This document shows, piece after piece, positions 28,360-32,000 of a stretch of 32,000 nt of DNA (position 1 is its first letter; every line of letters starts with the position of its first letter). Origin of the DNA: Candidatus Kuenenia stuttgartensis (GTDB lineage: Bacteria; Planctomycetota; Brocadiia; Brocadiales; Brocadiaceae); NCBI RefSeq assembly GCF_900232105.1, contig NZ_LT934425.1, positions 2,040,001-2,072,000 of the forward strand, written 5' to 3'. The position numbers and the translations under genes were made by a program. The notes under the pieces were generated by a model. That model searched no databases, was not told the DNA's origin, and worked only from the letters and a program-made list of their open reading frames with translations.

Positions 28360-28674
28360 ATGTATGCTATTATAAACGACAGGGGCAAACAATATAAGGT
28401 GAGAACCGGAGAACAGTTTTGTATTGATTTAAAGGCGGATGCCAAAGTTGGAGATGATCTGGAGTTTGACAATGTGCTGGTTTGTTCAGATGAATCCGGA
28501 AATGCAACATTTGGAAGCGCTGCAAATGCAAAGGTCGTTGCGGAGGTAAAAGGTGTAATAAAAGATAAAAAATGCGTGACGATAAAGTTTCGAAGGAGAA
28601 AAGCGTCTATGAGAAAACGCGGACATCGTGAGAGATACACAAAGATCAAGGTAAAAGAGATAATTGCCGGGTAG
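28360..28674 (+). CDS. rplU: Ribosomal protein L21
   Basis: MYAIINDRGKQYKVRTGEQFCIDLKADAKVGD... FRRRKASMRKRGHRERYTKIKVKEI. Confidence 0.96.
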   Translation: MYAIINDRGKQYKVRTGEQFCIDLKADAKVGDDLEFDNVLVCSDESGNATFGSAANAKVVAEVKGVIKDKKCVTIKFRRRKASMRKRGHRERYTKIKVKEIIAG

Positions 28675-28807
28675 CAATCCGGGAAATAGTGCAGATACTA
28701 TTTTAATACACGGGAAGTACATTTTGTATAAACGTAGTTTTTCAGGGTGGCGCGGACAACATGTTTGTCCGTGTCTGCCCGTATGGTTAATTTAAGAGGA
28801 GAAAAAA
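28675..28807 (+). promoter_or_regulatory. Intercistronic region with hairpin between rplU and rpmA
   Basis: GGACAA-CATGT-TTGTCC core within an extended imperfect stem GGGTGGCGCGGACAAC..GTTTGTCCGTGTCTGCCC. Confidence 0.4.
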
Positions 28808-29056
28808 ATGGCACATAAAAAAGGACAAGGTTCTTCAAGGAATGGAAGAGACAGCAACCCCCAAATGAGAGGCATTAAAAAATTTGGCGGCCAATCCGTG
28901 ATAACCGGCTCAATCATAGTTCGTCAATGCGGCACTAAATTCAGGCCAGGCAAAAATGTGGGACTTGGGAGAGATTATACGATTTTTTCCATGATAGAAG
29001 GCGTGGTGAAATTTGACACGAAACGCCGTATAAGTGTATATCCTGCCACTAATTAA
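28808..29056 (+). CDS. rpmA: Ribosomal protein L27
   Basis: [61 protein letters not shown]. Confidence 0.97.
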   Translation: MAHKKGQGSSRNGRDSNPQMRGIKKFGGQSVITGSIIVRQCGTKFRPGKNVGLGRDYTIFSMIEGVVKFDTKRRISVYPATN

Positions 29057-29223
29057 ATAGGCTGTTTATTTTCACCATAAAATCAATTTCTCCATTTCTT
29101 TTAGATTTGGAGTGGTAATATAGTATTACTCTGTAAAAACGTACTTTCTTGATAATAGTTTGCCCACCCCTAAGCTGGCAAGCATGAAATCCGAAACAAA
29201 TTCTAATGACGAACTGATTTTCG

Positions 29224-29259
29224 CACTCGTTCCCAAATGCTACAGCTTGGGAACGAGTG
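29224..29259. repeat. Strong hairpin, 13-bp perfect stem
   Basis: CACTCGTTCCCAA-atgctacagc-TTGGGAACGAGTG. Confidence 0.8.
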
Positions 29260-29392
29260 TTTAAACAAGCACGAAATCCGAAAGAAGTATTCGTTTAGCA
29301 TTCCAAATAAATTCCCTGAAAAACAGTGACCATATCATATCCACTTCCGCGATTATCATAATTAATCACTTGGGCACTTTTTGACAAAAAAG

Positions 29393-29519
29393 GTAACTAT
29401 CCGGCGCGATTTATTAAATTACCGGAGATCAGAGCGCAACTCGTTCCCAAACAGATACTTCACTAAGTTCAGTACAAGGTTTGGGAACGAGCCGTGTATC
29501 GTTTACGCTGAATAGTTAC
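29393..29519. mobile_element. Short (127-bp) copy of the 25675-25934 element family
   Basis: GTAACTATCCGGCGC ... CGTTTACGCTGAATAGTTAC with shared internal 'taccggagatcagagcgcaactcgtt'; flanked by 7-bp direct repeat AAAAAAG/CAAAAAA. Confidence 0.75.
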
Positions 29520-29801
29520 CAAAAAAGGCACTTCAGCCGTTCTGGATTTTAGTTCGCAGGATTAAAGTAAAGTGTCCCTGGAATTACCTTCCCATACTGG
29601 TCACGGACTTTACGGTATCCACCATTTCATTTCTTTTTTATTGTTAACGGGCATTTTTTTTCTCAAAAAATTCATCTTTTAAAAAAATCCATTAAAATGG
29701 TATACTTCTAACAATTAAAATTAAGATGCAAAATATAATTGTAAGCAACGCCTCAGTTTTTTGAAAAAAACCATTAATAGCGATGTTTGCCGCAATAATG
29801 T

Positions 29802-29864
29802 AGAGGCGAAGCATTTGTTATAAATAAGTTCATACCCAAACGGGCAAATGCTTCGCCCCTACTT
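29802..29864. repeat. GTAG-GCGAAGCATTTG inverted-repeat element copy
   Basis: GTAGAGGCGAAGCATTTG ... CAAATGCTTCGCCCCTAC, bounded by outer ttttttgaaaaaaacc / tttttcaaaaaacc arms. Confidence 0.7.
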
Positions 29865-29934
29865 TTTCAAAAAACCAAATTGTTGCAATTGTATTTGATC
29901 TCCTGACAAATTAACTCTGTATTTTGGGGGAAAA

Positions 29935-30426
29935 ATGGTAAATGAGAAAAGCGATGTATTGAAAAAAATACTCGAAACTGCTATTGTGCAGGAAAACAAA
30001 TCTAAAAAATTTTATTTGAAAATGCGGGATCAAATACAAAATGAAGATGCCAGAAAGCGTTTAAAGCTGATGGCTGACTCAGAACAAGAACATGAAGAAA
30101 TAGTTACTTCCTGGTATGAAGAGGCATATGGAAAAACATTTGATCCTGAAAGTACCACTTCGCATGAAAACAGACTTGATGTACAAAAACTTGACGACAA
30201 TGCAGCGCTCATTGATGTTGTACGGCTTATTGCGAAGGCGGAAAATAAGGCATACCAATTTTACAAAAATGCCGCTTTTACCGCCAAAACACCGGAAGAA
30301 AAAAAATTATTTGAAACCCTTGCCAGCGCTGAACAAATGCATGCAGATCAATCTTTGACCGAGCTGGATATGCTTGCCGGCGAGGAATTCTTTTTTTCAG
30401 ACGAGGAGATCCCCTGGGAAATATAA
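29935..30426 (+). CDS. Ferritin-like/rubrerythrin-type diiron protein
   Basis: Two repeated E..ExxH-type blocks: AIVQENKSKKFYLKM...SEQEHEE and AKAENKAYQFYKNAA...SAEQMHAD. Confidence 0.8.
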   Translation: MVNEKSDVLKKILETAIVQENKSKKFYLKMRDQIQNEDARKRLKLMADSEQEHEEIVTSWYEEAYGKTFDPESTTSHENRLDVQKLDDNAALIDVVRLIAKAENKAYQFYKNAAFTAKTPEEKKLFETLASAEQMHADQSLTELDMLAGEEFFFSDEEIPWEI

Positions 30427-30433
30427 AACAATC

Positions 30434-30556
30434 GTGACACTTTAGATTTTTGAAAAACGCAAGAACGCAAGAACGAGAGGCAAGGATGTCCGCCGTCCCT
30501 ATATCGGGCGGCAAACATCGTTAGTATTGGAATTTTTCAAAAGACTAAAGTGTTAC
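30434..30556. repeat. Inverted-repeat element bounded by GT(A/G)ACACTTTAG arms
   Basis: GTGACACTTTAGATTTTTGAAAAAC ... ATTTTTCAAAAGACTAAAGTGTTAC. Confidence 0.65.
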
Positions 30557-30638
30557 GTATTTTCGGTTTTTTCCGGCAAAGAGCAAAATGATTCTTTGCC
30601 ATCAACTATTACCACTAAAGTTAAAAGGTTTGCAACTA

Positions 30639-32000
30639 TGCCCAGAGATATTCCCGTTGGAAACGGATCATTATTGGTGACCTTCGATTCAAGCTATTCG
30701 GTTCGGGATTTTTACTTCCCTTATGTTGGAAAAGAAAACCATACCAGGGGTTATCCATGCCGGTTTGGGCTATGGACACAGGAAGGTTTTTCGTGGATTA
30801 ATCCCAAAGAATGGAATATTTCTTTGGGGTATCTTGATGAAACGTTGGTGACTGCTGTGTTCCTCCGTCATGAAAAGCTGTGCCTTCAACTCATGTGTAA
30901 CGATGTAGTTGATTTTGAGAAAAATATTTATTTGCGGAAAATGATAATTAAAAACTCCGCCCCAACAGAAAGAGAAATACGTCTTTTTTTCCATCAGGAT
31001 CTGAGTGTTATGGAAAATGAAATTGGCGATACGGTGTTTTACGACGCAAAACAAAACTGCCTCATTCATTATAAAGGTCCCCGTTACTTTTTAATCAACT
31101 GTTCGGCCGGAGACGTGTGGGGGGTGCGCGAATACGCTACCGGCATAAAACGGCACCAGGGGGCGGAAGGCACCTGGCGTGATGCGGAAGACGGCATTCT
31201 GGGAGGTAATCCAATTGCCCAGGGATCTGTAGACTCGACAATCGGCATTTCCCTGAAAATCCCTCCTTTCGGAGAATCGGTTGCATACTATTGGATTGCC
31301 GTCGGCAGGACGTATGCCGAAGTAAATTTGTTAAATAATATTCTTTTAAGCGAAAAGCCGCAAGCCATACTCGACCGTACTGCAAGCTACTGGAAACATT
31401 GGGTCAATAAAGAGGAATTTAATTATGGGAACCTTCCGGCTGAAGTAATTAATCTCTTTAAACGCAGTTTGTTGGTGCTTAAAACACAGATCGACAACGG
31501 CGGGGCAATTATTGCTGCAAATGATTCGGATATCCTTCAATACGCAAAAGATACCTATAGTTATATGTGGCCAAGGGATGGTGCTTTAGTTGCCCATGCG
31601 CTCATGAGCGCTGGCTATAGCACTGTCTGCAGAAAGTTTTTTGACTTTTGTGCGAACGTGGTTGCTCCGTACAACTTTTGTGCAAGTGTTATGGTCGAAG
31701 ACGGCTTTTTATTGCACAAATACAACCCTGACGGTTCATTCGGCAGTTCGTGGCACCCTTGGGTAAGAGGAGAAGAAATACATGTGCCTATCCAGGAAGA
31801 CGAAACAGCCCTTCTTCTCTGGGCGATTGGGCAATATTATGACATGTATCGGAAAATCGATGTAATACGCCCGCTATACCATTCGTTTATTGAAAAGGCC
31901 GCAGATTTTCTTGTAAGCTACAGAGATGATGAAACGGAATTGCCCCTCCCTTCGTATGATCTTTGGGAAGAAAGACGCGGTATTTTATCGTTTACAGTAG
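30639..32000 (+). CDS. Glycoside hydrolase family 15 (glucoamylase-like), partial, runs off the window end
   Basis: 454 codons open to the edge (absent from the ORF track): MPRDIPVGNGSLLVTFDSSYSVRDFYFPYVGKENHT ... DTYSYMWPRDGALVAHALMSAGY ... QEDETALLLWAIGQYY. Confidence 0.88.

Noticed and set aside
1-32000. CRISPR array
   Set aside because: Repeats present are inverted and dispersed; no regularly spaced direct repeats with unique spacers were seen.

Overview
This looks like a chromosomal window from an AT-rich, possibly planctomycete/anammox-like bacterium (taxonomy is an inference). Left part (~0.2-10.9 kb) is a minus-strand defence or restriction-like region. It holds a PLD-nuclease/SNF2 helicase and a large Eco57I/PglX-like adenine methyltransferase. 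Next to these is a tightly coupled five-ORF cassette: a small ORF, a possible PD-(D/E)XK-like protein, an SF2 helicase, a small Cys/His protein and another small ORF. The cassette lies between the intact methyltransferase 3' end and a frameshifted remnant of a second, paralogous methyltransferase 3' end (~226-372). A 106-bp palindromic mobile-like element with perfect 21-bp terminal inverted repeats sits in frame inside the methyltransferase. A related 111-bp element separates the methyltransferase from the helicase gene. The rest of the window encodes an SNase-HhH secreted nuclease, a VWA protein, an AGCS symporter, a lipoprotein, a protoglobin-like protein, FolK, an LptF/G permease, ComF, HPF, a PTS IIA protein, an HPr-Enzyme I fusion, a DUF2344/TIGR03936 protein with an apparent AUA start, RNase E/G, L21, L27, a ferritin-like protein and a partial GH15 glycoside hydrolase. 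Several families of short inverted-repeat (MITE/REP-like) elements recur. One is nested in another with a visible target duplication, and a ~250-bp inverted repeat pair brackets the HPr-EI gene.
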